From Squalus acanthias (Eukaryota), in the NCBI GenBank assembly GCA_030390025.1, contig CM059425.1, positions 30,134,001 to 30,198,000 on the forward strand: DNA of 64,000 nucleotides, in the 5' to 3' direction. Made by a program: the position numbers and the translations under genes. Numbering within the stretch: position 1 is the first letter of the stretch; each line of letters begins with the position of its first letter. Below the pieces are notes generated by a model. It ran no database searches. It was not told where the DNA came from and saw nothing but the letters and a program-made list of their open reading frames with translations. Positions 10,933 through 24,296 of this stretch are shown piece after piece.

Positions 10933-13551
10933 TGATGGCGTGGATATGTGGTCTATACTATTACCCAAGAAAGGATAAAATGGCATGACAGGAAATGTTT
11001 AGTATGCAACAGCAACTGACATTTATATAGCGCTCCTCACTTAAACTTCTCAGAGTGCTTTACAAGGGGGAAAGATAGAAACCAAGAAGGAAGCAAAGGA
11101 CTTTAGCGGGGGGGCTGGGGCCTTTGGGAAGAGACCAAAGACATGATCAAAGATAAGGTTTGTTTTGAAGGTAGGGAGAAAGGTAGCTAGCTGAAACAAT
11201 TTTGGAAGAGTTCCACGGGTTATCGGCATAACGCCTGAAAAGAGCATCATCTGATGGTGGAAGAGAAAATGGGAAACAAGAAGCAACTGAAAGTCAGAGT
11301 CAGTGTGACGTATTGCTGGAGGAAGTTACTCAAATAGGGCAGGGTGAGATCGTGGGGGATTTGAAAATAAAGATGAGGATCTTGTAGTCGTGTGTAACCT
11401 TGTTTTGGACTTCTCGTATGTAAATTTCTGAATGAGAATACTACAGTCTGGGTCAGTTAAAGATCCGCAAGTTGAGCTTTCCTAACTAGCATGGAGGGCA
11501 TTCAATAGCTGTAAGTAAAGGTAACCTATACGTATTGATGGACACTATAAGTCCACCCTATTTAAAATTGTGAAAAGCCAATTTTACAAACCACGAACAA
11601 TAGCTCTGTAACCTGAAAATTGAAAAAAGGTCACCATTTAACAACAATGCTGACACTATTAGTAATGTATGCAAAATTAAGCAAAGCTACAGAAATGATG
11701 CCAATGTTATATTGTGCCTTTCTTTTTTACAAAATTGGTAGATTACATTTATAGTTGATGTCTTATCCTTGTAATTGCTTGCAAAGAATGGATAATAATG
11801 AGTAGCAATTTGAAATCATTGAAACAAATTTAATCTTCACCCTCACTTCTTCTTGTTCCATTCCTGAACAATGCATTGTTGGTAGGAAGAAGCATGAACA
11901 TCATATTAGCATTCACAAAGAAACAGCAGCATAATCTATGAGTAAAAAAATGTTCGAATAATTTTAATATACAAAGATTCTAACGAATAAAACCTATACA
12001 TTGAAATCTTGATGCTATAGCATTTAACATTAAAAAAGATTTAAACATTAGACCTAAATATATTGTTATACTTAATGGCAATTACTTACTAGTAATTTAA
12101 TTGGTTTCCATTTTCATTTTTTGCACCATTGTTCATCAGTTCAATGAATCACTGGAAATAAGAGAATTAAATTACATTTTATGAATGTTGGCATTTTTCT
12201 ATATGATGAAAGCTTTTTCATAATTATACTTAGAATATAATATGAGAGGCATATTGTATGTATGCAGCAGCATTTAAATATTTTTCTCATATTTAAATAG
12301 AATAATAGAATTATATGGTACAACATTCACATCCTTGGATCTGATTATGATTTTCATAGTTTTTTTTATTACCACTCCCTTAGGTTTAATAGCCTCAAAT
12401 CATTAATTCTGACTTGTGTGGATATTGCTTTTACTAGGTGCCTTGGTCTGTGTAGATCATCTATTTCTCTGCTGCTTTATGATCCAATTATTAGATTTAT
12501 ATAAACCTAGTAAAATTCTAATACTTTTTTTCATTGATGAATATTACAAATATTGCTTGAGTCGTCTTAAGTCTCCTTACACTGAATGACGGTAATTGCA
12601 GGCTTCATGTTGCTAATGGTCTGCATAATACAATCAATTGGCATTTTCAGCTGCATGAACATAAGCTGTTTTCTTTATCATATTTTGCAAATATGTCACC
12701 TAATGTGGAGTTGAAAGGAAATGAGACGTGAAATCCCACATAAATCGTTCCACTCACTGGCAGAATTAGAATATGAAACATTACAAATTCAGAAAATGCC
12801 ACCTAATTTAGTAACAACTTGTCACATCCAATGCTTATTTTGTTCCCACTTTTTTTCCAAGTTATTTTTCTTCTGCCCCCGGTACGGCATCTGCAAAAGG
12901 AGAATTGTGTTACATTTTATATCTGTCACCCCACTTACTCCAAGTCACCTATACCAATCAGGCTTAGGATCCAGGTTATTGACTGCTCTCCTGTCAGCTG
13001 GATAGCAATGATTTAGATATGGTGTATAGACTCTTCTTGGTATGAGAGCTGGAATAATTAATGCTGTGGCATTCGCATTCCTTCTTCATCATTACTTTTT
13101 GAGTACCATTTAAAATCTTAAAAAGGTGGTTTAATAAAAATACGGTCTCCTATCAACCAGTCTGAAAATTGTAAAGTTTTGAGTCCTTCTTAAAACAAAG
13201 TGAATGCTGAAAAGTATTAGAGTACCTCTGGAAATTGAATGTGCTATGAAGGATAGTGAATTGTTCATAGCTTCTGAGATTCACACTCCGGGTCTGCCGA
13301 ACTGGAGAAAAGAAAATAATCTGTTTCCATAATATATAATATAAACATCCTAAATGTTTCAAAAAGTATATAACTTGCATGCCAATCCAGGAAAGTAGCA
13401 AAAGCTGACCAACAAGTTCAAAAAAGTGGACAACTCAAATTACTATGAATATAAGTCTTTGACATTTGAAAACAAGTGATCACATTGAAAGTGCGGTGGG
13501 AAATGCTCTGGTTTCAACTTAAGCTGCAACTATATCTAACATTCTTTCATT

Positions 13552-13637
13552 ATGCGGAGATGCCGGCGTTGGACTGGGGTGGACAAAAATGAGAAGTCGC
13601 ACAACACCAGGTTATAGCCTGGTGTTGTGCGACTTCT
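13552..13637. mobile_element. Short fold-back insertion, probably a Penelope-like terminal fragment
   Basis: 12-bp TSD cattctttcatt (13540-13551, 13638-13649); perfect 24-bp inverted repeat; its first ~38 bp recur inverted at ~30953-30990. Confidence 0.75.
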
Positions 13638-14219
13638 CATTCTTTCATTGGTATTGGAGGAGAAAAAACAAAGTACACAAAAGCTCAAAGGGGATACAAC
13701 CCTGATTTTGCACAGTTCCATGGTATGTCCAATTTTCTGGTCCGTGATTTTAGGCAGAGTAAAGAGTCAGTACCACTGGCAAGCAATACCCACATTTCCA
13801 TATGTAAATTATTTAACTTGGGACCCATAATGAATTGTACAAGTTGAAGTAAGACGCTGCTCTCAGTGTGCACATTGCTCAGTGCAGGACAGGGTAATGG
13901 GTCTGGACTACTTTGAAGTGTCTCCTAAATCAAGATTGCTGTTGATTGATTGAATATTGAAGTCTAGTTTTTTGCAGTGACCATTCTTCTACTTATGTAT
14001 TGAACATCTTGCAGACTTTTATTTATCTCTACATGATTGCCTTTCTGTTGAAGCCTTCAGTTTGCTAAGAGACCTTTTCCTGGATCTTGGCAATTACTGC
14101 TACAGTAGAAGTTGGAGCTAACAAAGTTGGAAGGATAGGCATCCCTTTGACTGTTCCCATAGTGCTGCATTAATTAGATGAGTAATATAATTTCATGAGG
14201 ACACAACATCCTCTGGCCA

Positions 14220-14640
14220 ATGACACCTCATGTTTGCTGCCATCAATACTGGACGAGCTGTGTGTACAGAACATGTCACTCCTACCTGGATATGTCACAA
14301 GAGACTGGTCTTCACCACCTCCACTTCACTACAGGGGCAGTAATCAACCTATGCCGTCTGCTGCAGGCTGATTTACAGACAATGTCAAGGACTCTTCCCG
14401 TATTTGCGAAGGTCACTGCAGCGTTAAGCTTCTATGAAACAGGATCCTTCTAGGGAACATCTGCCAGATATGCCAGATCATTCCTGTATAAAGCAAATGA
14501 CTGGCACTATGCATGTCAGGGTAAACACTTTTATAACTTGCCCAGTGGAAAGGAGCCACAACTGGAGAGGACACAGACCTTTTACCTGGCTAACAGATTC
14601 CCCATCAGCCCAGGCCATTATAAATGGAACCCATGTGGAT
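14220..14640 (+). mobile_element. Degenerate Harbinger transposase N-terminal remnant
   Basis: SYLDMS..LHFT..AVINLCRLLQADLQ..LPVFAKVTAALSFYETGSF followed by AQAIINGTHV (decayed GAIDCTHV motif); stop and frameshifts present. Confidence 0.72.
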
Positions 14641-16727
14641 TGTAGTAAAAAGGAATCCACGCTCTGCACATTCTTTGTAGTTTAACTACCAGCAGAAAAA
14701 TATTTAGATTGTATCTTTGCCTTGAATGAAGCAATATTATGCATGTATACAAATATATATACACTTAGCTTGACAGTTCTTCTGATGTCAATGAACATTT
14801 TCCCCATTTTCTCCCAGATATGGCGAACCTCAGACATTGCATTAATTTGGTCAGTGAATTCCGTCTGTGCAGTTTGCACCTGTAATTTTACAGGGAGTGC
14901 TCGAGTCCTTGTTTGCTCCTGCACCTCCGCGTGGTTACTGAAAACACTGCATTCATCACGCTCACGGTGATGCCAAATCAGTTGCCCCCATCAGCAGAAC
15001 AATTACAGGCAACACTCCTTTAAAGATGAGTAGGAGCCACTTAGAATCATAGAATGCTTACAGCACGGAAGGCCATTCGGCCCTTAAGAGCTGCTTGTCC
15101 AATATTCTGACTTGCAACCAAGCAACTTCCAGACCTGTTCCTTTTCCATGTGCGGAGAGTCTGGTCTGATGAATGGGAGGTGGGGGGGTGAAGGACTGGA
15201 TGTGCAAAATTTAGTGAGGCTAGGATTTCTGGCATTTGTGTGCTTGCACCACAGATGAGCACAGACCCAATTTTGCTGTACTCAGAAAACTGGGAATAAT
15301 TTACTTCCTGGAGGCCTGTTTCCAGAAAGTTTTGCTGATGGATGCATTTTCCAACCTGCAATGTATCTACATTGTCCTCCCCCTCTCACCTGGAACTCCT
15401 GTTCATTTTATAGTGAATAATTATTAATAATGAAATAACATTTTAAGAAAAATAGACATTTAAAATATTAAAAGTAGTGATTAAAATGAAATAAGCTTTT
15501 AAATGTTGATGTTGTTACTTGGCATCACCCGTCACTCCTAGCAACTGAGACAAGTGCCAAGTCCAACAAAATATATGCATCACGATCCCAGCCCCAGCAC
15601 TCAAATATGCATTTTTATATAATTTGCAACATTCCCTCAGAGACTAAAAAATAAATGAAATCTAACAAAAATTCTGTCGCCCCTGCCATGCTGCAGAAGA
15701 AGCCAAATCCTGTCTTCGCTTTAATGTGTCCTGCCAAACGCAGGAGTCACAGGAAGCGGCAGTGTAAATGCATTATGAATCAGCTGTGGTGGCTCATGGG
15801 GTGACCTTTGCGGAGCTTGGGATGCTTGAATCTCCACTGCTCTTCATTCGCAAACACAGACAAGCAACCAGTGGGTCTGAAAGGCTGACTGTGTAAAACA
15901 CAGACGGTTGGCATCTATGCATCCTGAAGCGCTTGCCTGTGAGTTCTTAAGCTCACAATTTAATTTTTGAGAAAAGACATTTTTAACAATATCATAAGGG
16001 TGACCTTGTGAATGCATTCCCCTGCTCTTCTGATGTTATCATAAACGCTGACCAAATTGCTCAAGCTTCATTGAATGATGCCTTTCTCTTTCGTCCCTGC
16101 TCTTTTCAGCTGTATTATCCAGGATCTCCCTCCTCCTCTTTGCAACCAGTGCCCCTTTTATGTTTTCGACCTGTCTTGAGCACCAGGCCTCTCAGTACCG
16201 TACTCAGATGTGTGGCCACAGCGTTCTGAAGTAATTGTGATCTCTCTCTGACTCCGTGCCTGGCTCTTTCCCCCTCTGCCTGCTGACCTGTTCCACCAAC
16301 TATGGAAAACGTGTTGCTTGCAGCACATGAGCAGTACTGCTGAATCACGGTGGCTCATGGGACAACCTTGGAAGAGAGTGGGAAATTTGAATGCCTGTTG
16401 AGTTCTAACGAGCGCAAACAACGGGTCCAAATGCTGACTATCCACACAAATACAGACAGTTGCCAACTATGGCATTATAGCAATGCTACAACGCCCTCTC
16501 ACGACTTTATTATACGTAACATGAGTACTTAAGGTGCACAAGATATTCTTGTATTGCATTACAGATAAACACCTTTATTGAATGAATCAGTGAAACATTT
16601 ATATGATGATTCAGCCATTCCCAACAGTAAATATCGCTTTCCCTTGTGGCTCCAGTCTAGTACAAAGCTAATTAGGACTAGGGGCACGATGCCCGCAAAC
16701 ACAGGAGAAGGTGACATTCTAAAATAG

Positions 16728-16865
<138 letters not shown>

Positions 16866-17792
16866 TAATTATAGTTCAATTATAAATCCAAATATCTTAA
16901 GATTTTTCTTGGGATAAATTTGAAATGGTAATTGTTTACAAATGTCCATAAAGTAACTCCACTTCTTCTCCAATGACTGATTCATGCATTTTTTTCTACT
17001 ATGTGAGTTGATTTTGAACATTTTTGTTAGTAGGAGGACTCTTTTACAGTCAGATTAGCTTGTTTTTAATCCATTAAGAACCATCTGTTCCTTACTGAGA
17101 TTTAATGCCATCCCAATTTGAGTTTTTCACTGATCCAAAGAGAAGCCAGCTTCATCGAATGAGCGGGCATATTCCTCCCCATTAATGCCTTCAGCAGCAT
17201 CTCCAATGACTACTTACTGCCCAAACCTTACCGAGCCAGCGCTCAATGAGCCTCCTGACCCTCCGACTTTGCCCATCTAGGCGCCCCACCATCACCAAGG
17301 GAAGACCCTGTGCCCGACCACCCCCAGCATTTAGCGTTACTGAAATTTAGAGTTGTGTAAGATCCTCAAAAATCTGCAATGTACCACTGACTGTAACGTG
17401 CAGTGTGGGATAGCCCAAGTAAATTCTGCTGACCTCAATAAAAACTTTCAAAAAGCTTTTCATTGATAAATTGGATGAGATCCCAAAGCCCTAATCACAT
17501 CCACTTGGCTCTGTATTTGTAGGCTTGACGTTATGATCTACTATTCAGCTGCTCAGTGTGTCTGTTTTATTTTAGTACCTTGCCCTGTGGCTAATTTCAA
17601 GCATACTTTGCAATAGTGCACATTGAAAATGATTTTTTTAAATGGGAAGTTAAAACAATTTTCACATGAACAGGTTGGAAAAAGAGAACCCTGACGGTTC
17701 TGGCGTTTCTTTTGTAATGGTGATGGGGCAGGATTTTCTTTTTGAGATTTGAACTAAGAGAGCAATGATCTAAATATGAGCAGGCGAGGATA

Positions 17793-18041
17793 CAGGAATC
17801 CCTCCCCAACCGCGAGGGATACGTCCCTGAAAACCCCCGTGGTTAGTAAAACCGCGGTTGGCAAATTCAGTATAAAACACAATAAAAAAGCATAAAAATC
17901 ATGTTATTTACCTTATTCCTAAATTAAAAACCGCGGATATGCGAATTTCACTACCGCGGTTGGCAAAAATTGTCGCAGAGCGGAAACCGTGTACACGTGA
18001 AATCCGCGTATGGCAAACCCGCGGTTGGGGCGGGAATCATG
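17793..18041. mobile_element. Tc1/mariner-pogo (Tigger-like) MITE
   Basis: TA on both flanks; 22-bp TIR CAGGAATCCCTCCCCAACCGCG vs CATGATTCCCGCCCCAACCGCG (19/22); internal repeats of accgcggttggcaaa. Confidence 0.85.
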
Positions 18042-18590
18042 TATTTTGATTTCTACCTTGGTGAGGAAAACATCAATAATACCACATCTCGCATAACTGG
18101 AATGCTGATACAGAAAGTAATATTGTTCAGTTAGCAGTCTATCTTCAAGCTGAAATATCATGATATGAAAAATAATATTGCCACTGTAGGTGCTTGTCTA
18201 TCTTGTTTTGTGGCTGGGTGATATATTGGATGGTAATAACGCCTGTTTTATTTTAGACTGTTCAGCGATATTCTTCTTAAACTAACAGTGTTTATTTTTA
18301 GCAAGCTATTTGGGCTAGATTATGGAATGAAGCCTGTGTTGAAGATTTATTAAAAAGCCTCCTCCACAAGGCTCTTTTATTGGTTCGTCTCCTTGTGCCA
18401 AGTGATTTTTTTTTAAAGTACTAAATTTTGCTCATTAGTACAATAAGATGACATTTAATGCATGGATTTAAAACATACCCACACACATAGCCTGACTTTT
18501 AAAGTATCTTGTTTGGCTATTGTACATCATATAAACAATTTTAATCAAGCAAATGTTATCTAGGAGAGATCATTTAAAAATACAGTGTTC

Positions 18591-19019
18591 GGGCTGGAAA
18601 TTCTGGTGTAAACTCTGGCACTATTCTGTGTGGGTTCCTGCCCCACAAACATTCCTAGAAAACTGTGCTGCAAAGAAGGTGGATGCTACTTCTGCCTGCC
18701 CCGGTTGTGCCAAAAGATAACATTTGAGGGGTGTGCCTGTATACGTTCTAGAGCTACCCTCGGAATTCCACCCATCTCGACCCTGATACACCCAGGGGGA
18801 CTTTAACCTGCTGAGAGCGGGCGCGGTCCCATTCTGGGCCTGAGGAAACCCTTTTGCTGCAGCAAGCCAAGATAATTGATCCCAGAGATCTCTTCAGTGG
18901 GTAAGTGCCGCTGTTGTGCCACTACAGGTGGTGCCCACCCCGAGTATTCAAAAAACCCCATCCTCAGGAATTTGGACAGGGTCACTGGCAGGGCACATGG
19001 TGGATGAAAATCTTGCTCC
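18591..19019. mobile_element. Harbinger-like MITE, degenerate
   Basis: Ends GGGCTGGAAATT ... AAAATCTTGCTCC; GC-rich island in AT-rich intron. Confidence 0.5.
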
Positions 19020-19102
19020 ATCTTTGAAAAGGTCCATTGAATTTCCTGTCCTCATCATCCATTTGCATCTCAGTAATATAATTTCATTATTTTAAACGTT
19101 TT

Positions 19103-19926
19103 GGCCCAACACTTTCTTCACCATTAGCACTATATATAGTTCTGTTAGTGCTCAGTATTCATCAGGAATTGCCTCAGAGCTGCTCCTGCTTCTGCACCAT
19201 AACTTTGCCAGAAGTGTAACGGAAAGCCTTTTACTTGTGTAAACGGGGTTTCTGCCACACTTCTGGCGAAGTTACAGCGGCAAAGCTGGGGTAGGCCCCA
19301 ATCATTATCTTTTCAATGATTCCCTACTTGGAGAACACATACACATTTGAAAATCAAGGTTTCAAAATTCCTCAGGGGTTCCACTCGTCTCCCCCAGTAT
19401 CTCTGGAGGGAGACTGGTGGAACCTCTGAAAAATTCGAGGAGTTCCGACTGTGCCAGGTCTCCACCATTTCCAGGAGTTTCTGGCTACCTTGTAAGGGGT
19501 GGAATCTCTGTCTAGCTCTTCAAGGGAAATCGTGGTTAGGGATGGAATCAAGGACACCTTGCCTCTCGGGCTCGGGCTCTTTCTGGGGAGAATGGTACAC
19601 CCAATTAGGTGAGGCAAATCGGCCTCCACAAGGGCAGATGTGGGCTGCACCAGTCCAGGACAGGCAAATGATCTTTTACTCAGGTGGTTGAGGGGACAAA
19701 AGTCGGGCAAACCCCCCAGCAAGGGTGGGGGCCTGGTGTTTCCAGCAATATTGGGCAAGTAGACACTGGAGATATGCCTGAAGTGGTGCTTGTGCCCACC
19801 TGTACCACGTAAATTAGCTGCCCTATTGCTGATCCCACAAACTCTAGTGGACTTGGTGCCGGAGGACACCGTCCGTCATGATGCCTGCATCACCACAGTA
19901 ATCGTGACTTAAGGAATTTTGGGGCC
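19103..19926. mobile_element. Harbinger-like MITE(s), degenerate, with internal palindrome at ~19200-19274
   Basis: Ends ggcccaac ... ggaattttggggcc; aactttgccagaagtgt pairs with acacttctggcgaagtt. Confidence 0.45.
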
Positions 19927-20163
19927 AAAATGTTTAACGTTTTACCTCATCATGAAACTGCATCGATTTAATTGGTAATGTTTGTACATTGTGTACTGAA
20001 AATGAAAGAAACGCATAGTACCTTGTTAAAATGTTCCAATTTTAAGAACACATTTTCAATAATATTCTGCTTAATCAGCTCACACTTGAACAGTATTATC
20101 TTTGGATTCTATCTTTGGATGATTGCTCATGTTATATCAATGGTGACACTTGCCAAATAATAA

Positions 20164-20543
20164 GGCCCCGATTTTAACTCCCCCTGCGTGGCAGAAAACG
20201 GGTGGGGGAGGTGGGGGGGGGCAGGGGGGGACAGTTAAAATGAGGGCAGTAACTCACCCCCTCTGATCCCGCTGCCTTGCCGCTGTGTCCAGACGCTAAC
20301 CTTCCTCGCCCCGGGCCCCCCCGATCGGGTCCAGAGGACCCCTCACCACTTAATTGACTGCCGCGACTGTTCCCACAGATCCCCGGCTGTGGCCTCCTGC
20401 TGCCGAATTCTGGCTGGGTTCGGGCAGGAGTCGAAGAAATGTTGTGGGAGTGTTCATGCGGGCCTCCACGTCCCCGGACTCCCTGGGTTCGCCACCCATT
20501 TCGGAGCTCGCACGGCACCCACTCCCCCGTAAAAATTGGGGCC
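20164..20543. mobile_element. PIF/Harbinger (Tourist-like) MITE
   Basis: TAA TSD on both sides; TIR GGCCCCGATTTTAAC / GGCCCCAATTTTTAC. Confidence 0.9.
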
Positions 20544-20958
20544 TAAATCTTCAATAGATTTCTTGTGGATTCATTGGAAGATTTTATGAAAATACTGTGA
20601 CACCTTTTTAAGCAGCAGGATTAGAGAGGCACTCAAAGAGTGGCGATCACCATTCAAGCAAAATTCCTGTTTCAAATTTGTTAATTATTTAGCTGCATTG
20701 ACCCAAGTAACCAGAATCAGTCACATTGTAATGACAGGATTGCCAGATCAGGTTATTGCACATTTAGCTACACTCCACAAAATTGTAATATGCTTGCACA
20801 TGACAGAAAAATACCAAAGAGTTTGCTTTTAGAGTTGAAATTAATGTTCTCAAAGATCAAGTGATTCCTCAAAAAAAATTGCGGGCAGTTTGAGGGGAGG
20901 GTGGAGGGAGAAATTCGGCTTTGTTTCACCTGTTTTTATGGGTATAAAATGAAGAATA

Positions 20959-21559
20959 GGGGGAGTAATTTTGGGTGGCAATCTACCACGCCTGATCTCC
21001 ACCGGAAGTGCGGCAGTCGCTATATTGGAAGCGGATGTATTTTAGGTGTCCAGAGCGCTGGCCTGAAACACCCGTTATGTGACTTGACTATGCAAATCAG
21101 GTCCTAAAGCCGGCTGTAGGACTCTGATGCAAAATCCAGGTACAAATGGGCGGAGGTTACACTGAAAATTCCACCTAGTTGTACCAGGCCTTGAGTGACC
21201 TAACCAATCAACCTTAAATGGATCGCTGAAGGCCACTCAAGAAGGGGCCACAAAACTTTTACTAAGTTGTATTTCTCTGGAGCCAGCTGGACTGCTCCTC
21301 CTGGCTACACAAAAATACTGCGAGCTGCTGGCGGCACAGGCTCACCCCTTTCCACCGCCCCCCCCCGCCCCGCACCACAAACCTACATGTGGGCCGGCTC
21401 GGCATCGCAGTGTGCCGGAATTTGTCAGACCCCAACCGGGCCACCCGATTGGCACCTGCAGCTTGCCGGTTTCATTCAATGAGGCTTGAGCCAAATAGAG
21501 CAAAGCAATCGCTTCGCTGGCTAGCCGTCCATTTTGGTCACAAGTCCAATTTCTCCCCC
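20959..21559. mobile_element. Harbinger-like MITE
   Basis: TIR GGGGGAGTAATT / GGGGGAGAAATT; TA (or TAG) flanks. Confidence 0.75.
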
Positions 21560-23107
21560 TAGGAATTTTATTAAATTAAAAACAAACAGCTTAGCTCGAT
21601 GACACCTTAGGACACTTGATAAGCTACAAGAGGAACCGAAGGCTATTATCTTTTGCCTGTCCCTTTCTGATTGTATAGCTCCATGCATCTCATTTTGGCT
21701 CGATTGGTGGGTGAGCAGGTTACAGGCCTCCAAACACTAAAGCGACTCCATGGTTTACGTGCCATAGGTGCACTTCCACAGAGCCAGATGGTTCTGTTTT
21801 AAGCCAGTAAGCTTGAACCAAGGAATCATCTAACTGCTGTGGTACTGTAGTGGAAATAATGGAACTTTCTGTAAAAGTCTACAGAAAATAGGGGAGGACT
21901 CAATCAATTTTTTTTTTCAGCAAGTGAGAAACTAAATAAAATATAAGATTTGAGGAAGTAGGTTGACTATTGTATGGAGTTTGATGCAGTACATTTGAGC
22001 TATAGAGAAATGGGCCCTGAATTTCTGTGGGCCTCTTCAAGTGCAATTCTGATGTAAGTCTACCTGGATCGTGGCAGGAATTAGGCCGGAAACTGGATAG
22101 TAGGTTGCTGTACCTGCTCGAGTACATGGAGGTGCCTGTTTGGGGTGGAACCTCCATCTATACCAAACATGGCCTCTGAATTTGGAGGGGTGTGGCCAAG
22201 GAAGGGAACTTCCAGGCTGGGAATTTCCTAGACTCTGGACTGTGTCATACCGAGAGGAGGGAAGCATGTCAGCCTACTCTGCGACGTAAGTAGGGCCCAC
22301 CATGGAATCCAAGCCTTGGTCTTAGCCTGGACTCCCCCCCCCCAAAAAATGCAGCATCTATGGGCAGAAATCACCGCAAAGGAGTTGATAGGCACTTCAC
22401 AACCTAGCCCTGGGGCTGGTGTGCTAGGGGTAAAATGTGCAGCTTCCCAGCACTGCATTATTCACCCCCTTCCTGCTCTGGTGGGTATCATGCGATGTGC
22501 CCATGGTGGTACAGGCTCATGCCAGTTTCGTGCTCATTAGGGAAGATCACCCTGACTTCAGATACTCTGGTAGGGTCAGTGGTGGAGGTGCCCGGTGGGC
22601 ACATCACGCTCTTGGGCCTGGTGCAAAGGCTTGTGGATTTTTGAGTCCATGTTTTCTAAAGTGTGACTTTTCTTAACTGTGGACTGTCCTGCAATAAATA
22701 TGCTGAAAGCGGACTACTTAAGCGTAAATGTTACATTAACTGCTGTGACTCAGAGTTCAAAAATACAGTCTGACTGCTACGCTATGAAGAGAGGTTCATG
22801 CAGCTCTATCAGATACATCTCTATGATAGGAAGTTGCCGTGGCCATATCAAGAGTAAAGCTAGAAGCAGATATCCTGGGGAATGAAAATGTGATGTAAAC
22901 AGACCAAAATGATCAGTAATCAATTTATCTGGGTCACCCTTTACCTAAAATAGTTTTAGATGAAAATGTTTCCACCTCTCCGCAAATTTCAATTCTGCAC
23001 CACTGCCGACAATGATAAGCTTGCAGTGATACGTGAGAGAAACTGTGCTTTATGAAGAGGTGATTGAAAAGGCTAAAATGCAGTCAACACATCTCCAGCA
23101 ATGGCTA

Positions 23108-23285
23108 ATAAAAACAGAAAATGCTGGAAATCCTCAGCAGGTCAGGCAGCATCTGTGGCGAGAGAAACAGAGTTAACGTTTCGGGTCGCTGACCTTTCGT
23201 CAGAACTGGAAAAAGTTAGAGATGTAACAGATTTTTAAGCAAGTGCAGGAGCAGGGAAAGGGAGGAAAGAACAAGGTAAAAGAGA
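23108..23285 (-). mobile_element. Penelope-like element 3' fragment
   Basis: Same sequence family as the 37.3 kb and 56.2 kb copies. Confidence 0.8.
23171..23207 (-). ncRNA. Minimal type-I hammerhead ribozyme motif
   Basis: AGUU-CUGACGA-A-AGGUC-agc-GACCC-GAAAC-GUU-AACU; A.C mismatch at the base of stem II. Confidence 0.72.
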
Positions 23286-23589
23286 CAAACAGAAATCCCG
23301 TCAGAGAGAAGAGCAATGGCTTCTCTTCCTTCCCCCACTCTGTCAACTGGAGTCTCCCAAGGTTCTATTCTGCATGTTGCCCCTCGGCAACAATGTCTAC
23401 AGGCACAGGCTCAGCCTCCATATGTATGCTGATGTCATTCAGCTCTGCATCATCACCTCTCTTGATCTCACAACCACCTCTGTGCTTTCAAGTCATGGAT
23501 GAGCTATGACTTACTCCAATTTAATATCTGGCAAACTGAAGCCATTGTTTTCAGCACCCATCATAAACTTTGCTTCCTAGCCACTGATT

Positions 23590-24212
23590 CCACCCCCGCT
23601 ACTTTTAGCGCCTCGAAAAGGTTAGTGCCCCCGCGCCCGAAATTCAATGGTAGCGCCCCAACAGGGAGGCGGGGCACTGCTGGAAGTGCTCTCCCTCCCT
23701 CTTGGGGATCTACCAAGGAATATTGTGGTGCTATGACGAGGCGGCATGTCTTGCCACGGTACTGCAGGCCTTCCTCCCCTTATTAAATGGGATGGATCTT
23801 GCGCAGTGCAACCCGGGGCCCAGCTGGGCCACCAGGGATCAGGATGCGCAGCCAGCACCCCATGGGGGGACTGCAGAGGAGGCAGGGGACAGCAGAGGGG
23901 GCAGGTGCTGGCAGGTGGCCAGCAAAAAAAAATGGCCGCCCGGCACCTCCCCTTTAATTATCGCCGCCCCGGCGGTAAGTCAGGGGGCGCGACTGAAGTT
24001 TGCGGCCGGGGCGTGAGCGGGGCACTGTGCACAGCGATGACATCATCGCCAGAGGCGCAGCACCACGGGGCGCTACCGGCGCTACTAACCTCCCGTTGAC
24101 TTTCGCGGGAAGCGTGAGCAGCGCTTTGCCCGGGCGCTAGTTGCTTTGCACCCCATTAGCACCCTCTTAGGGCGCTAACGGGAGACACAAACCAACAAAA
24201 AATTTTGCCCCC
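23590..24212. mobile_element. GC-rich Harbinger-like MITE related to 47627-48402 (left end unclear)
   Basis: Shared blocks (gcgctacc, gatgacatcatcgccagagg, ggcgctaacg) in inverted orientation; right end AATTTTGCCCCC. Confidence 0.6.
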
Positions 24213-24296
24213 TATATGTTTTTTGTCTTGGTGGGACCATGAGAAAGTCATTTATATAATTTAATTAGCCAAGATTGATAATGTAAATGGTAATGT

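Noticed and set aside
14220..14640. Domesticated HARBI1 gene
   Set aside because: Stops, frameshifts and a decayed catalytic motif indicate a transposon fossil.
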